Assembly: GCF_000284455.1 (NCBI RefSeq)
Contig: NC_017039.1
Coordinates: 2,880,001 to 2,912,000 of the forward strand
Origin: Synechocystis sp. PCC 6803 substr. PCC-P
GTDB taxonomy: Bacteria > Cyanobacteriota > Cyanobacteriia > Cyanobacteriales > Microcystaceae
Length of the DNA: 32,000 nucleotides
Direction: 5' to 3'
Made by a program: the position numbers and the translations under genes
Shown: positions 17,917 to 27,802 of the stretch, piece after piece
Position numbering within the stretch: position 1 is the stretch's first letter
Layout: every line of letters starts with the position of its first letter
Notes under the pieces: generated by a model
Told to the model about the DNA's origin: nothing
The model's database searches: none
Seen by the model: the letters and a program-made list of their open reading frames with translations, nothing else

Positions 17917-18690
17917 ATGGCCGACCGTCCCCAGTTGAGTATTATTATTCCCGTGTTTAATGAAGCAAAAATTTTACAAAAGTCTCCGACTGAAAATACC
18001 AGACAATATTTGGGACAATTTACCGAGGATCAACGGATAGAAATTTTAATTATTGATGGGGGCAGTCAGGATAGCACAGTGGAGTTATGCCAGACCTATG
18101 CTGATTCTTTACCTTTACACGTTTTTATTAGTCCCCAAACAGGGCGGGCTAACCAAATGAATTATGGTGCTAGTTTATCTAGGAGTGAATGGTTATTATT
18201 TTTACATTTAGATAGTATTTTGCCCCATGACTTTTTTACTCAAATTGCTGAGATATTAACCAATTCTAGTTACATAGCCGGAGCTTTTGGTTTAACTATT
18301 GATCTCCCCGGTAGACCCTATCGTTGGCTAGAAAAATTAATTCTTTGGCGCTCCATTTACGCCCAAAAACCCTATGGCGATCAAGGTTTATTTATCCAAC
18401 GGCAAGATTTTCAACAGTTGGGAGGGTTTGCTGATTTGCCCATTATGGAAGATTACCAATTTATGCAAAAACTGGGAAAACAACGGGGCAAGGTGGCGAT
18501 CGCCGGGGGCAAAGTGATTACATCTGGACGGCGGTGGCAAAAGCTGGGGCTACTGCGGACTACGGCCATTAACCAGCTGGTGGTGGCGGGCTATCATCTG
18601 GGGGTTTCTCCCCAAACCTTGGTCCATTGGTATCGGGGGGCAAAACCGAATCGGGGGAACCGGCCAAACTCCGACGGGACTTCTTGTTAG
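17917..18690 (+). CDS. family-2 glycosyltransferase-like protein
   Basis: LSIIIPVFNE, IIDGGSQDST and LFLHLDS (a DxD-like motif) fit the GT-A fold. It starts 8 nt after the ALDH stop. The substrate is unknown. Confidence 0.75.
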   Translation: MADRPQLSIIIPVFNEAKILQKSPTENTRQYLGQFTEDQRIEILIIDGGSQDSTVELCQTYADSLPLHVFISPQTGRANQMNYGASLSRSEWLLFLHLDSILPHDFFTQIAEILTNSSYIAGAFGLTIDLPGRPYRWLEKLILWRSIYAQKPYGDQGLFIQRQDFQQLGGFADLPIMEDYQFMQKLGKQRGKVAIAGGKVITSGRRWQKLGLLRTTAINQLVVAGYHLGVSPQTLVHWYRGAKPNRGNRPNSDGTSC

Positions 18691-18807
18691 AGTAAGTTAG
18701 TTAGGGGTAAGGCTGGGGCAGTTTGATCAACTCCATAGCCGGTTTGGATAAACTTTTCCTGGCTTTGCTCCAGGGCGGCAGTTTCAGGTCACAGGAGGGA
18801 CACTTGT

Positions 18808-19806
18808 ATGGCATCAACAGATTTCAAAGACTATTACCAAATTTTGGGAGTGACCAAAACCGCTTCAGAAGCTGAAATCAAAAAGCAGTTTCGTAAATTA
18901 GCACTGAAATATCATCCTGACAAAAATCCTGGGGATAAGGCGGCGGAGGAAAAATTTAAGGAAATTAGCGAAGCCTATGAGGTGCTTTCTGACCCCGAAA
19001 AACGCCAGAAATATGACCAATTTGGCCGCTATTGGCAACAGGCTGGCACGGCAGGACAACCCAGTGGCAGCTACGGCCCTGGAGTCGGCGTGGATTTTGG
19101 TGGCTTTGACTTTAGCCAGTACGGCAATTTTGACGAATTTATTAATGAACTGTTGGGACGCTTCAATACCCCCGGTGGCGGCGGTCAGAGAACTTCCTAC
19201 AGCTATTCCACCGGCGGCCCTGGCTTTAATGACTTTGGTGGTTTTGGCAATGCCCAGGCCCCCGCAGGCGATCGGGAAGCAACCCTACAGTTAACTTTGG
19301 CGGAAGCTTTTCGGGGAGTGGAAAAACGTCTCAACTTAGGGGAAGAAATGGTCACTGTGCGGATTCCCGCCGGAGCGAAAAATGGCAGTCGAGTACGGGT
19401 GAGGGGCAAAGGTATGGCCAGTCCTTACGGTCAAAGGGGGGATTTGTATCTCAACTTGCAACTGACCCCCCATCCATTTTTCCAATTTGAAGGGGATAAC
19501 CTGGTCTGTGAATTGGCGATCGCCCCGGACGAAGCGGTGTTGGGGGCCGATATTAGTGTACCGACCCCCGATGGCATGGTGCGAATGAAAGTCCCGGCAG
19601 GAGTCAAATCCGGCCAATCCCTGCGGTTAAAAGGGAAAGGTTGGCCGAACCCTAAACAGGGCCGTGGTGACCAGTTAGTACGCCTAATCATCACTGCTCC
19701 GAAAAATCCCAGCGCCATTGAACGGGAATGCTATGAAAAAATTCAGGCGCAACGGACAGAAAATCCCCGCCAAGCGGTGGAAAAATACGCCAATTTGTTG
19801 GCATAG
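18808..19806 (+). CDS. DnaJ/CbpA-type (class II) J-domain co-chaperone without the zinc-finger domain
   Basis: J domain DYYQILGV...[10 protein letters not shown], a Gly/Phe-rich linker, and two C-terminal beta-domains. There are no CxxCxGxG repeats. A strong SD (GGAGGG) lies ~8 nt upstream of the ATG. Confidence 0.9.
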   Translation: MASTDFKDYYQILGVTKTASEAEIKKQFRKLALKYHPDKNPGDKAAEEKFKEISEAYEVLSDPEKRQKYDQFGRYWQQAGTAGQPSGSYGPGVGVDFGGFDFSQYGNFDEFINELLGRFNTPGGGGQRTSYSYSTGGPGFNDFGGFGNAQAPAGDREATLQLTLAEAFRGVEKRLNLGEEMVTVRIPAGAKNGSRVRVRGKGMASPYGQRGDLYLNLQLTPHPFFQFEGDNLVCELAIAPDEAVLGADISVPTPDGMVRMKVPAGVKSGQSLRLKGKGWPNPKQGRGDQLVRLIITAPKNPSAIERECYEKIQAQRTENPRQAVEKYANLLA

Positions 19807-19816
19807 GTTGCCATAG

Positions 19817-20497
<681 letters not shown>

Positions 20498-20658
20498 CCA
20501 TTATCCAATTCTCGATTAATCGAATTTAGTAATGGGGGACGTGGACGGGGGTAGAACTTAATTCCTGTCCGGAAATGCTGATGGTTGTGGGTTCCAGATT
20601 CATAACCCTGGTCTATGCTGACGATTAGCAATCTTGATGCAATTCCCCTTCCTTTTCC

Positions 20659-22329
20659 ATGGCTACTACCCTGCTTTCCCCCACCCGTTTTGTCCATGGA
20701 CTTCGTTTCGATAATCTGCGGGGGGATATTTTCGGTGGCATCACAGCGGCGATCGTAGCCCTACCTTTAGCCCTGGCTTTTGGGGTTGCCTCGGGAGCTG
20801 GGCCCATTGCGGGACTGTACGGAGCTATTTGTACGGGATTTTTCGCTGCTCTATTTGGGGGAACGCCAGCCCAAATTAGCGGCCCCACGGGGCCCATGAC
20901 GGTGGTGATGGCTTCCACTTTTGCTAATTTAACCGCTAGTAATCCAGAAAATGGCTGGGCCATGGCTCTCACGGTGGTGATGTTTGGCGGGATTTTTCAA
21001 GTAGTTTTAGGCTTACTCGGTTTGGGTAAATACATCACCTTTATGCCCTACACCGTCATTTCCGGTTTTATGTCCGGCATTGGCGTGATCATTGTGATTT
21101 TGCAAATTGCACCCCTGTTGGGCCACCAAACAGCCCCTGGGGTAGTGCCTTCCCTGCAAGCAATTCCCACTTATCTCAACGATGTTAATTTTGCCGCCCT
21201 GGGTTTGGGCTTGATTGCCCTGGCGATCGTCTTTTTTTCTCCGCCCCGCCTTAACCGGATTTTGCCCGCTCCCCTGATCGCCCTGGTGCTGGGAACGATA
21301 ATTTCAATGATTTTTTTCGGGAATGTATCTCTACCCCGCATTGGGGAAATTCCCTCTGGTTTGCCCAGCCTTCATTTGCCCTATCTCAGTTGGGGTAGTT
21401 TGCAACAAATGTTGCTTTACAGCATCATGTTGGCGGTGCTGGGTTCCCTAGACTCTTTGCTGACTTCCCTGGTGGCAGATAACATTAGTCGCAGTCATCA
21501 CGATTCCGATCGCGAATTAGTAGGGCAGGGCATTGGCAATCTTGTTTCGGGCCTATGCGGTGGTTTGCCAGGGGCTGGGGCCACTATGCGGACGGTGATT
21601 AATATCAATTCCGGTGGCAAAACTCCGATCGCCGGGATGATCCATGCGTTGATTTTGTTAATGATTGTCCTTAAAGCGGGACAGTTGACAGAACCCATTC
21701 CCCACGCTGTTTTGGCCGGCATTCTCATCAAAGTGGGTATTGACATTGTCGATTGGAGTTTTCTCAAGCGGGCCCACCAACTTTCCACCAAAGGAGCGGG
21801 GTTAATGTACTTGGTGCTGGGATTGACCGTCTTTGTGGATTTGATTACGGCGGTGGCGGTGGGGGTCTTTGTGGCCAATCTGTTCACTGTGAAAAATTTG
21901 ACCGATCTTCAACTCGAATCGATTAAAAGCGTAACCAGGGCCGATGGGGAGGACTGGCTACTAGAGGAAGAACAACAAATTTTGCGGGCAGCCAATGGTC
22001 GCATTTTTATGTTCCATCTCAGTGGGCCCATGAGTTTTGGGGCGGCGAAATCCATTGCCCGCAGGTTAGCCATTGTGGAAAATTACGATGTGCTCATCCT
22101 CGATTTGGCCACGGTACCCCGCTTGGGCGTCACTGCCCTACTGGCGATCGAAACCATGCTCAAAGATGCGTTGGCCAAACAAAGGGAAGTTTTTTTGGTG
22201 GGGGCCAAGGGGCAAGTCCAGGCTCGTTTGCAAAGGTTGCCGGTATTGGCCCAATTATCTCCCCACCATCGCTTGGAAAGCCGTTTATTAGCTTTACAAA
22301 TGGCCGCCGTCTGCATCAATGTTGATTAG
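20659..22329 (+). CDS. SulP-family anion (sulfate/bicarbonate-type) permease with a C-terminal STAS domain
   Basis: DIFGGITAAIVALPLALAFGVASG, multiple TM helices, and a C-terminal STAS-like segment (IFMFHLSGPMSFGAA...VLILDL...LGVTALLAIE). Confidence 0.9.
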   Translation: MATTLLSPTRFVHGLRFDNLRGDIFGGITAAIVALPLALAFGVASGAGPIAGLYGAICTGFFAALFGGTPAQISGPTGPMTVVMASTFANLTASNPENGWAMALTVVMFGGIFQVVLGLLGLGKYITFMPYTVISGFMSGIGVIIVILQIAPLLGHQTAPGVVPSLQAIPTYLNDVNFAALGLGLIALAIVFFSPPRLNRILPAPLIALVLGTIISMIFFGNVSLPRIGEIPSGLPSLHLPYLSWGSLQQMLLYSIMLAVLGSLDSLLTSLVADNISRSHHDSDRELVGQGIGNLVSGLCGGLPGAGATMRTVININSGGKTPIAGMIHALILLMIVLKAGQLTEPIPHAVLAGILIKVGIDIVDWSFLKRAHQLSTKGAGLMYLVLGLTVFVDLITAVAVGVFVANLFTVKNLTDLQLESIKSVTRADGEDWLLEEEQQILRAANGRIFMFHLSGPMSFGAAKSIARRLAIVENYDVLILDLATVPRLGVTALLAIETMLKDALAKQREVFLVGAKGQVQARLQRLPVLAQLSPHHRLESRLLALQMAAVCINVD

Positions 22330-22358
22330 ATGCTTGATGGCCACGGAGCCAGGGATTT

Positions 22359-23063
22359 ATGTTTGGCAAATATCGACAGAAAAATCTTGATAACTGGCAT
22401 TACCGCAATCTGTTTTGGTCAATTGTTTTATTACTATTTTTTACCATGTTTGTGAAAACGAGAATGGGGGGAACTATTACTTCCATCTTGTTCACGGTGA
22501 CTATTTTGGTAATGGTAAAAAATATGGCCATCAGCTCTCTTTGGAAAACTTTTCTACGGGGACTAGTGGCGATCGCCTTGGGCTGTGATTTATTAACTTT
22601 GTTGATTAGTAATCCCACCATTTCCCAAAGACTCTTTACTTGGGCGGATATAGTCTATGCGGTGTTCTTCGGGGCGGCAGTGATTACCATTAGCCAACAA
22701 TTGAATAAGGTCCAGAAAGTAGACCAAAATGCTTTATTAGGAGCTATCAGTGTCTATTTACTGATTGGAGTCTTTTGGTTTTTACTCTACCGGATATCCT
22801 ATATTATTTCCCCCACTAATTTTAACGAATTACAAAGTGATGGGATTAATAATTTCATCTTGCTCTATTTTAGCTTTACGACCTTGACCACCCTGGGCTA
22901 CGGTGACATAACTCCTACGGATTCCATTGCCATGGGATTGTCCAACATGGAAGCCATTGTCGGTCAAATGTACTCGGTTATTTTTGTTGCTCGCCTGGTT
23001 AGTCTTTACACGACTGACCTCAATTGCCACAGTCAGATCCGGGAAGAACAGGAATCTGATTAG
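22359..23063 (+). CDS. synK: six-TM potassium channel (possibly the thylakoid channel SynK, from locus memory)
   Basis: Canonical K+ selectivity filter TTLTTLGYGDITP, preceded by a pore helix and five hydrophobic segments and followed by one more. There is no Arg-repeat S4 and no RCK/CNB domain. Confidence 0.85.
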   Translation: MFGKYRQKNLDNWHYRNLFWSIVLLLFFTMFVKTRMGGTITSILFTVTILVMVKNMAISSLWKTFLRGLVAIALGCDLLTLLISNPTISQRLFTWADIVYAVFFGAAVITISQQLNKVQKVDQNALLGAISVYLLIGVFWFLLYRISYIISPTNFNELQSDGINNFILLYFSFTTLTTLGYGDITPTDSIAMGLSNMEAIVGQMYSVIFVARLVSLYTTDLNCHSQIREEQESD

Positions 23064-23142
23064 AGCCCATGCGAGAAAATTCATCCCTTGGCACAATGGT
23101 AAAAGCGAAACCAAGCCCAAACAGTATTACTTAACTTATTTC

Positions 23143-23316
23143 ATGGTTGTCTCCGCCACCGATCATTCCGACAGAACCACTTCCCAAACTGGCGATCGCC
23201 AAGGATCATCACCTTCCTCGTCGGATTCGGAACCCATTCTTTGTCCCCATTGTCGCCGCACCGCCAGTAATGGTATTAAATGCAAGGGAATTTGCGTTGC
23301 TGACAGCGATTACTGA
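23143..23316 (+). CDS. candidate 57-aa Cys4 (zinc-ribbon-like) mini-protein
   Basis: This is the ATG-initiated part of the 129-aa track ORF that lies outside the K+ channel gene: MVVSATDHSD...EPILCPHCRRTASNGIKCKGICVADSDY. The cysteines form CxxC-N10-CxxxC. Third codon positions are C/T-rich like the neighbouring genes, and a HIP1 copy is read as Gly-Asp-Arg. There is no obvious SD, and the 3' end overlaps the convergent ABC gene by 7 nt. Confidence 0.35.
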   Translation: MVVSATDHSDRTTSQTGDRQGSSPSSSDSEPILCPHCRRTASNGIKCKGICVADSDY

Positions 23317-24338
23317 GCATTTTCTGAATTTTTATTGCTTTCTTCTGGATTTTCGGGTTTTTCTTCGGGCAATTCCACGGCCATTTCTTCGTCCACCGCC
23401 TCGCTAGTAATCAGATTTAAAAACACATCTTCCAAAGTGGGGCGTAGCCGTTGCATTTCGTATAAATCCCAACCCTGGGTGACGATCGCCTGGGCTAATT
23501 GTTGCCCCAGTTCTTCCAGTTGATTACTCCGCACCAAAATTTGTTGGCGTTCCTGCTGTTGGGGGTGGGTTTTAGTTTGCACCTCTTCCACACCGGGCAA
23601 GGACTGTAAACAATGGGCGATCGCCATTCCTTCTGCCCCAGCTACTTCCAACTGATAACTGAGATTTCCTTTTAGCTCCGCCAGTAAATTGTCCGGGGTA
23701 TTGGTGGCCACCACCCGCCCTTGATTGATGATGGTCACCCGGTCACAGGTCATGCTCACCTCCGGCAAAATATGGGTGGAAAGGATAATAGTATGGTCCT
23801 CTGCCAAACTTTTAATTAAATTACGCACCTCAATAATTTGCTTCGGGTCTAGACCCACGGTGGGTTCATCCAAAATAATCACCGCTGGATCATGGACAAT
23901 GGCCTGGGCAATGCCCACCCGTTGCTTAAAACCCTTGGACAGCTTGCGAATTAGGACTTTGCGTTTTTCCGTTAACTGGCACCGTTCCATGGCCCAGATC
24001 ACCCTTTGCCGGCGATCGCCTGGTTTAACGCCCTTAATGCTAGCCACAAAGTTTAAAAAGCTGGCCACAGTCATATCCCCATAGAGGGGAGGATTTTCCG
24101 GTAGGTAACCAATGCGCTTTCGTACCGCCAGGGATTGTTCATGGACATCAAACCCTGCCACCCGCACTGTCCCGGTAGTGGCCGGAATGTAACCAGCCAA
24201 AATCCGCATGGTGGTGGTTTTCCCCGCTCCATTGGGCCCCAAAAAACCGAGAATTTCGCCTTTTTGCACCGAAAAGTCCACATTCTGGATGGCAGTGGTG
24301 GAACCGTAAACTTTGCTGAGATGTTCAACCTCAATCAT
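23310..24338 (-). CDS. ABC-2-type transporter ATP-binding protein (no permease gene adjacent)
   Basis: Walker A GPNGAGKTTT, Q-loop, signature LSKGFKQRVGIAQA, Walker B VIILDEPTVGLD, H-loop STHIL, and a C-terminal accessory domain with an acidic tail. Confidence 0.9.
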   Translation of the reverse strand: MIEVEHLSKVYGSTTAIQNVDFSVQKGEILGFLGPNGAGKTTTMRILAGYIPATTGTVRVAGFDVHEQSLAVRKRIGYLPENPPLYGDMTVASFLNFVASIKGVKPGDRRQRVIWAMERCQLTEKRKVLIRKLSKGFKQRVGIAQAIVHDPAVIILDEPTVGLDPKQIIEVRNLIKSLAEDHTIILSTHILPEVSMTCDRVTIINQGRVVATNTPDNLLAELKGNLSYQLEVAGAEGMAIAHCLQSLPGVEEVQTKTHPQQQERQQILVRSNQLEELGQQLAQAIVTQGWDLYEMQRLRPTLEDVFLNLITSEAVDEEMAVELPEEKPENPEESNKNSENAQ

Positions 24339-24624
24339 GGCAGGGGAAATTAGTGAGTAAACAACCTGGGCACATTATGCCCCTTTCTCGGCCGGCCGCT
24401 CAAACGGATGAGTCACTCAGAATAGCTTCTAGATTTGCTCATTTTTTCAATAATCTGTTAGCCAGATCTGATCAGCCCTGTAAACTGACCCAATCAAGCG
24501 ACCGCAATACTGGAGTTTTGGGAAAACAGACTCTAACTTTTGGCAATCTTCTCTTTACCTTTAAAATGGATTAAGGCTGTTCTGAAAAAAGCCATTGCCA
24601 CTCAATTTCACCAATCTTTTCCCC

Positions 24625-25257
24625 ATGCCGGAGTCATCCACCCCTTCCCTGCTGATCCCCAACTTTCCCCCCCGGGCGGCGGCGGTACATCGAGTTACCA
24701 AAGAAACTGATGTGCGGGTGAGTTTGAATTTGATGGGCAGTGGTTTGTGCCATGTGGCTACGGGGGTGCCTTTTTTGGATCATATGTTGCACCAGATTGC
24801 CTCCCACGGCTTGATTGACCTGGAAGTGAACGCCACCGGAGATATTGAAATTGACGACCACCACACTAACGAGGATGTGGGCATTACCCTTGGTCAAGCC
24901 TTAGCTGAAGCCCTTGGCGATCGCCGGGGCATTAATCGTTTTGGTCATTTCATTGCTCCCTTGGATGAAGCTTTGGTGCAGGTGACCTTAGACTTTTCCG
25001 GGCGGCCCCACCTCAGCTATGGCCTACAAATTCCCACGGAACGGGTGGGTACCTACGACACCCAATTGGTTCGGGAATTTTTTGTGGCCGTGGTGAACCA
25101 CAGTCAAATGACCCTCCACATCCGCCAGCTTGACGGCATTAATTCCCATCACATTATCGAAGCGACCTTTAAAGCCTTTGCTCGGGCCATGCGTATGGCG
25201 ATCGAGGTTGACCCCCGTCGGGCTGATACCATTCCCAGTTCCAAAGGGGTTTTATAG
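24625..25257 (+). CDS. hisB: imidazoleglycerol-phosphate dehydratase
   Basis: [31 protein letters not shown] and [18 protein letters not shown] match the IGPD metal-binding motifs. The track ORF starts at TTG 24595; the first ATG is 24625. Confidence 0.92.
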
Positions 25258-25274
25258 ATTAAAGTTGGCCAGTA

Positions 25275-25886
25275 TTAACTGGAAAAAATTCTTTGCAGAG
25301 ATAGGGTAAACCCTGGCAAAATAGTTTCTCCGGATAGGTTGCTGGGATTTTCTAATATTTCTACTGGCTGTCCAGAGCGGTAAATTTCCACCTTTTTATT
25401 TTGGGGGTCAATCAGCCAGCCCAACTGAGCGCCGTTTTCCATATATTCCTGCATCTTTTCCTGCAATTTTTTGAGGCTGTCGGTTTTAGAACGCAATTCC
25501 ACTACAAAATCGGGACAAAGGGGCATAAATCCTTGTCGTTGTTCCTGGGTGAGGGATTCCCAGCGCGCCTTAGTAACCCAAGATGCATCCGGCGATCGAT
25601 TGGCCCCATTGGGCAACTCAAACCCCGTGGAGGAATCAAACCCTTCCCCAAGGCGATCGTTAGCTTCACACCAGATACCGAGTTGAGTAGTCAAATGAAA
25701 ATTACGATTACCCGATTCGCCACCAGTGGGGGGATTCACAATTAATATTCCTGTTGCTGTACGTTCAAGCCTTAAATCTCGATTTTCCGCCGCTAAAATG
25801 GCAAATTGGGCCGGCGTGACCTGTAGGGCCAGTTCTTCGGGAATATTCAACGGCAGTGATTTCGGATCATCAACGACCTGAACCAT
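25275..25886 (-). CDS. Uma2-family (DUF820) PD-(D/E)xK nuclease-like protein
   Basis: The family-typical core is PDASWV...PDFVVELRS...K...EY...GAQLGWLIDP. The ATG at 25886 is preceded by GAGGAA (SD). The track ORF extends 12 codons further, to 25922. Confidence 0.8.
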   Translation of the reverse strand: MVQVVDDPKSLPLNIPEELALQVTPAQFAILAAENRDLRLERTATGILIVNPPTGGESGNRNFHLTTQLGIWCEANDRLGEGFDSSTGFELPNGANRSPDASWVTKARWESLTQEQRQGFMPLCPDFVVELRSKTDSLKKLQEKMQEYMENGAQLGWLIDPQNKKVEIYRSGQPVEILENPSNLSGETILPGFTLSLQRIFSS

Positions 25887-26002
25887 GGCAATTTCCTCTG
25901 TGCAACCAGGGGGACTTTTCAATTTTAGTCCTTAGCCCCCGTCTGCGAAGTTTCAGTTTATCTTCCCAATTTCAGGGCATCGAGAAGTCGTAAAAGCAGC
26001 CC

Positions 26003-27211
26003 CTATGAGTTGCCGAGGGTCAGTAGTTGCCGAGTTTGCAGGCTCCGCACCAATGCCAAGTCGATGGATCGATCGCCTAGGTCGGTTAGAACTTTTTCCA
26101 CGTTTGCTTGAATTTCTGTCTGAGCTTCTACTGCCTGGAGAAACTTAAATTCCTCTTCGGTTAACTCTAAGGGCTGATAGTTATAGTCAAATAAACTGCG
26201 GCTCGGCCAACCAGTCAGGCAAGGATGAAGATTGGGCAGGGCTTTGAGTAAGGTTTGATCGTCCGTCCAATCACTAATTTGTATGGGGGGTTTAGCCAAG
26301 AAAAATTCGTAGTGGGTAATTTCGGGGTCTAATAATTCAATTAGACGATATCGTTCCTTTTCGCTTAAATCTTTAGCCCGTTCCATTAAATCCGGTGCTT
26401 TGCCTAACAGGCGATCTAGTTGCCAATAATCAGGGTTGGAAAAGCCCAAAAATTCCAGTCCAGCCGAGTCGATTAATTCAAATAACGTATCAATGTTATA
26501 GTCCGTTTCTTGGGGATGGACATACATATCCGCAAAGGATTCATCCCGATGATTTTCCAGGGACCAACGCTCTTTTTCCCTTTTCACTAAACGGTTATAT
26601 TCCGGCAAACTCGCAAAAATTTCTCGACCCACCGCAACCCCATCCTGGTAATCGCCCCGTTTTTTCCCCTGTAGGATGGCGATCGCCTTTTGCATGAGTT
26701 GAATTTCCCAGCGGCCGATTTCAGCGTAAACAAAAATGTGGAATAAACCACCGGGGGCCAATTTTTCCGCTACGGCCTGAATTCCAGCCACTGGATCGGG
26801 CAAATGATGCAGTACACCGACGGAATTGATGTAATCAAATTGTCCGGGAAGATGGGCCAGATTTTCCAGGGATAAATGGTGGAAATGCACCCGATCACAA
26901 ACCACACCGGACTTTTGCAACCTTGTTTGGGCAACGGCTAAAGCCCCTTCACTGATGTCCACGGCATGAACTTCCGCTTCCGGGTTGAGGTGGACTAAAT
27001 ATTCCGTGCCGACTCCAGTGCCACAACCCGCATCCAAAATGCGAACCTTTTGATTAGCCGGCCGCCGTCCTAAACAAAAATTATGGGCCGCAGTCCATTG
27101 CCAGCGCCAGTTGTAACCCGGAGGTGGTTCCTGTAGCAGGGGTTCGGGGGGGAAGGGATAGGTGTTGTAGAGGGCCTGAACTGCGCGGTGCTGGTCGGAG
27201 TTGGACAACAT
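26003..27211 (-). CDS. class I SAM-dependent methyltransferase with a ~200-aa C-terminal domain of unknown function
   Basis: Motif I is RILDAGCGTGVGTEYL, followed by VDISEGAL, YINSVGVLHHLPDP and LAPGGLFHIFVY. I do not recognise the C-terminal half. Confidence 0.8.
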   Translation of the reverse strand: MLSNSDQHRAVQALYNTYPFPPEPLLQEPPPGYNWRWQWTAAHNFCLGRRPANQKVRILDAGCGTGVGTEYLVHLNPEAEVHAVDISEGALAVAQTRLQKSGVVCDRVHFHHLSLENLAHLPGQFDYINSVGVLHHLPDPVAGIQAVAEKLAPGGLFHIFVYAEIGRWEIQLMQKAIAILQGKKRGDYQDGVAVGREIFASLPEYNRLVKREKERWSLENHRDESFADMYVHPQETDYNIDTLFELIDSAGLEFLGFSNPDYWQLDRLLGKAPDLMERAKDLSEKERYRLIELLDPEITHYEFFLAKPPIQISDWTDDQTLLKALPNLHPCLTGWPSRSLFDYNYQPLELTEEEFKFLQAVEAQTEIQANVEKVLTDLGDRSIDLALVRSLQTRQLLTLGNS

Positions 27212-27320
27212 AATTGGGAAAAAACTGGAGCTTTGGCGATCGCCAGAGGAATGGGGGCAAAATTTTCGCCCTGGTTTTTAATAATCACCTAATATCGGCC
27301 CACCGCCTAGGGGATAGCGG

Positions 27321-27629
27321 TTAATCCTCCGGCAAACGAACCTGCAAACCTTCGGGCACAATATCTAATCCCAGCAAAACTTTTTCCGTATTGGACATAT
27401 CGCCGATAATCCGCTGTAGGGGAGGGGGCAATTGTTTGATCAAGGTGGGGGTGACCATGATTTTTTCCTCTTCCGCCCGTTGAGGCTGTTCCAACACGTC
27501 AATGATTTCAACATTGTACTGATCCCCTAGATCTTCTTGGCAAATGCGGTAAATATTGGCGATCGCCTGCTGAGAACGCACCGAATTACCCGTGATATAA
27601 AGTCTTAACACAATCCTATTCATATCCAT
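27321..27629 (-). CDS. kaiB3: KaiB-family circadian clock protein homolog (kaiB3 by locus memory)
   Basis: LRLYITGNSVRSQQAI, IDVLEQPQRAEEEKIMVTPTLIK, LPPPLQRIIGDMSNTEKVLLGLDI align nearly end-to-end with S. elongatus KaiB (LKLYVAGNTPNSVRAL ... [49 protein letters not shown]). The start is ambiguous: TTG 27641, ATG 27629 or ATG 27623. Confidence 0.9.
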   Translation of the reverse strand: MDMNRIVLRLYITGNSVRSQQAIANIYRICQEDLGDQYNVEIIDVLEQPQRAEEEKIMVTPTLIKQLPPPLQRIIGDMSNTEKVLLGLDIVPEGLQVRLPED

Positions 27630-27802
27630 CGCTGATAACAAATAAAGCCAATGCTTAAATCTAGCTCAATTAATCTGGGGTCAGTAACCTGAATTAAAGG
27701 AAATTTAAATAAAACAATCAAATAATGGATTATTAATCTAGTTAAAACAAAGTGTAATAGGTTATAGTTAAACAACTAAACAATCAAGCAAAGATAATTA
27801 AT

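Noticed and set aside
20625-21887. Minus-strand ORFs of 115 and 129 aa inside the SulP permease gene
   Set aside because: They overlap a strongly supported transporter gene and have no motifs or start context.
22927-23142. N-terminal 72 codons of the 129-aa track ORF
   Set aside because: This part overlaps the 3' end of the K+ channel gene in another frame. Only the ATG-initiated distal 57 codons are considered a candidate.
24353-24574. 73-aa ORF filling the ABC-ATPase/hisB divergent spacer
   Set aside because: It has a non-ATG start, no SD, no recognisable domain and no HIP1. The region is more plausibly two divergent promoters and 5' UTRs. It contains an 11-bp palindrome, TGAGTcACTCA, that I cannot assign.
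27255-27279. GGGCAAAATTTTCGCCC hairpin followed by a T-run, between kaiB and the methyltransferase gene
   Set aside because: The U-tract follows the stem only on the + strand, where no gene is upstream. For the minus-strand genes it lacks a U-tail, so I do not call it a terminator.
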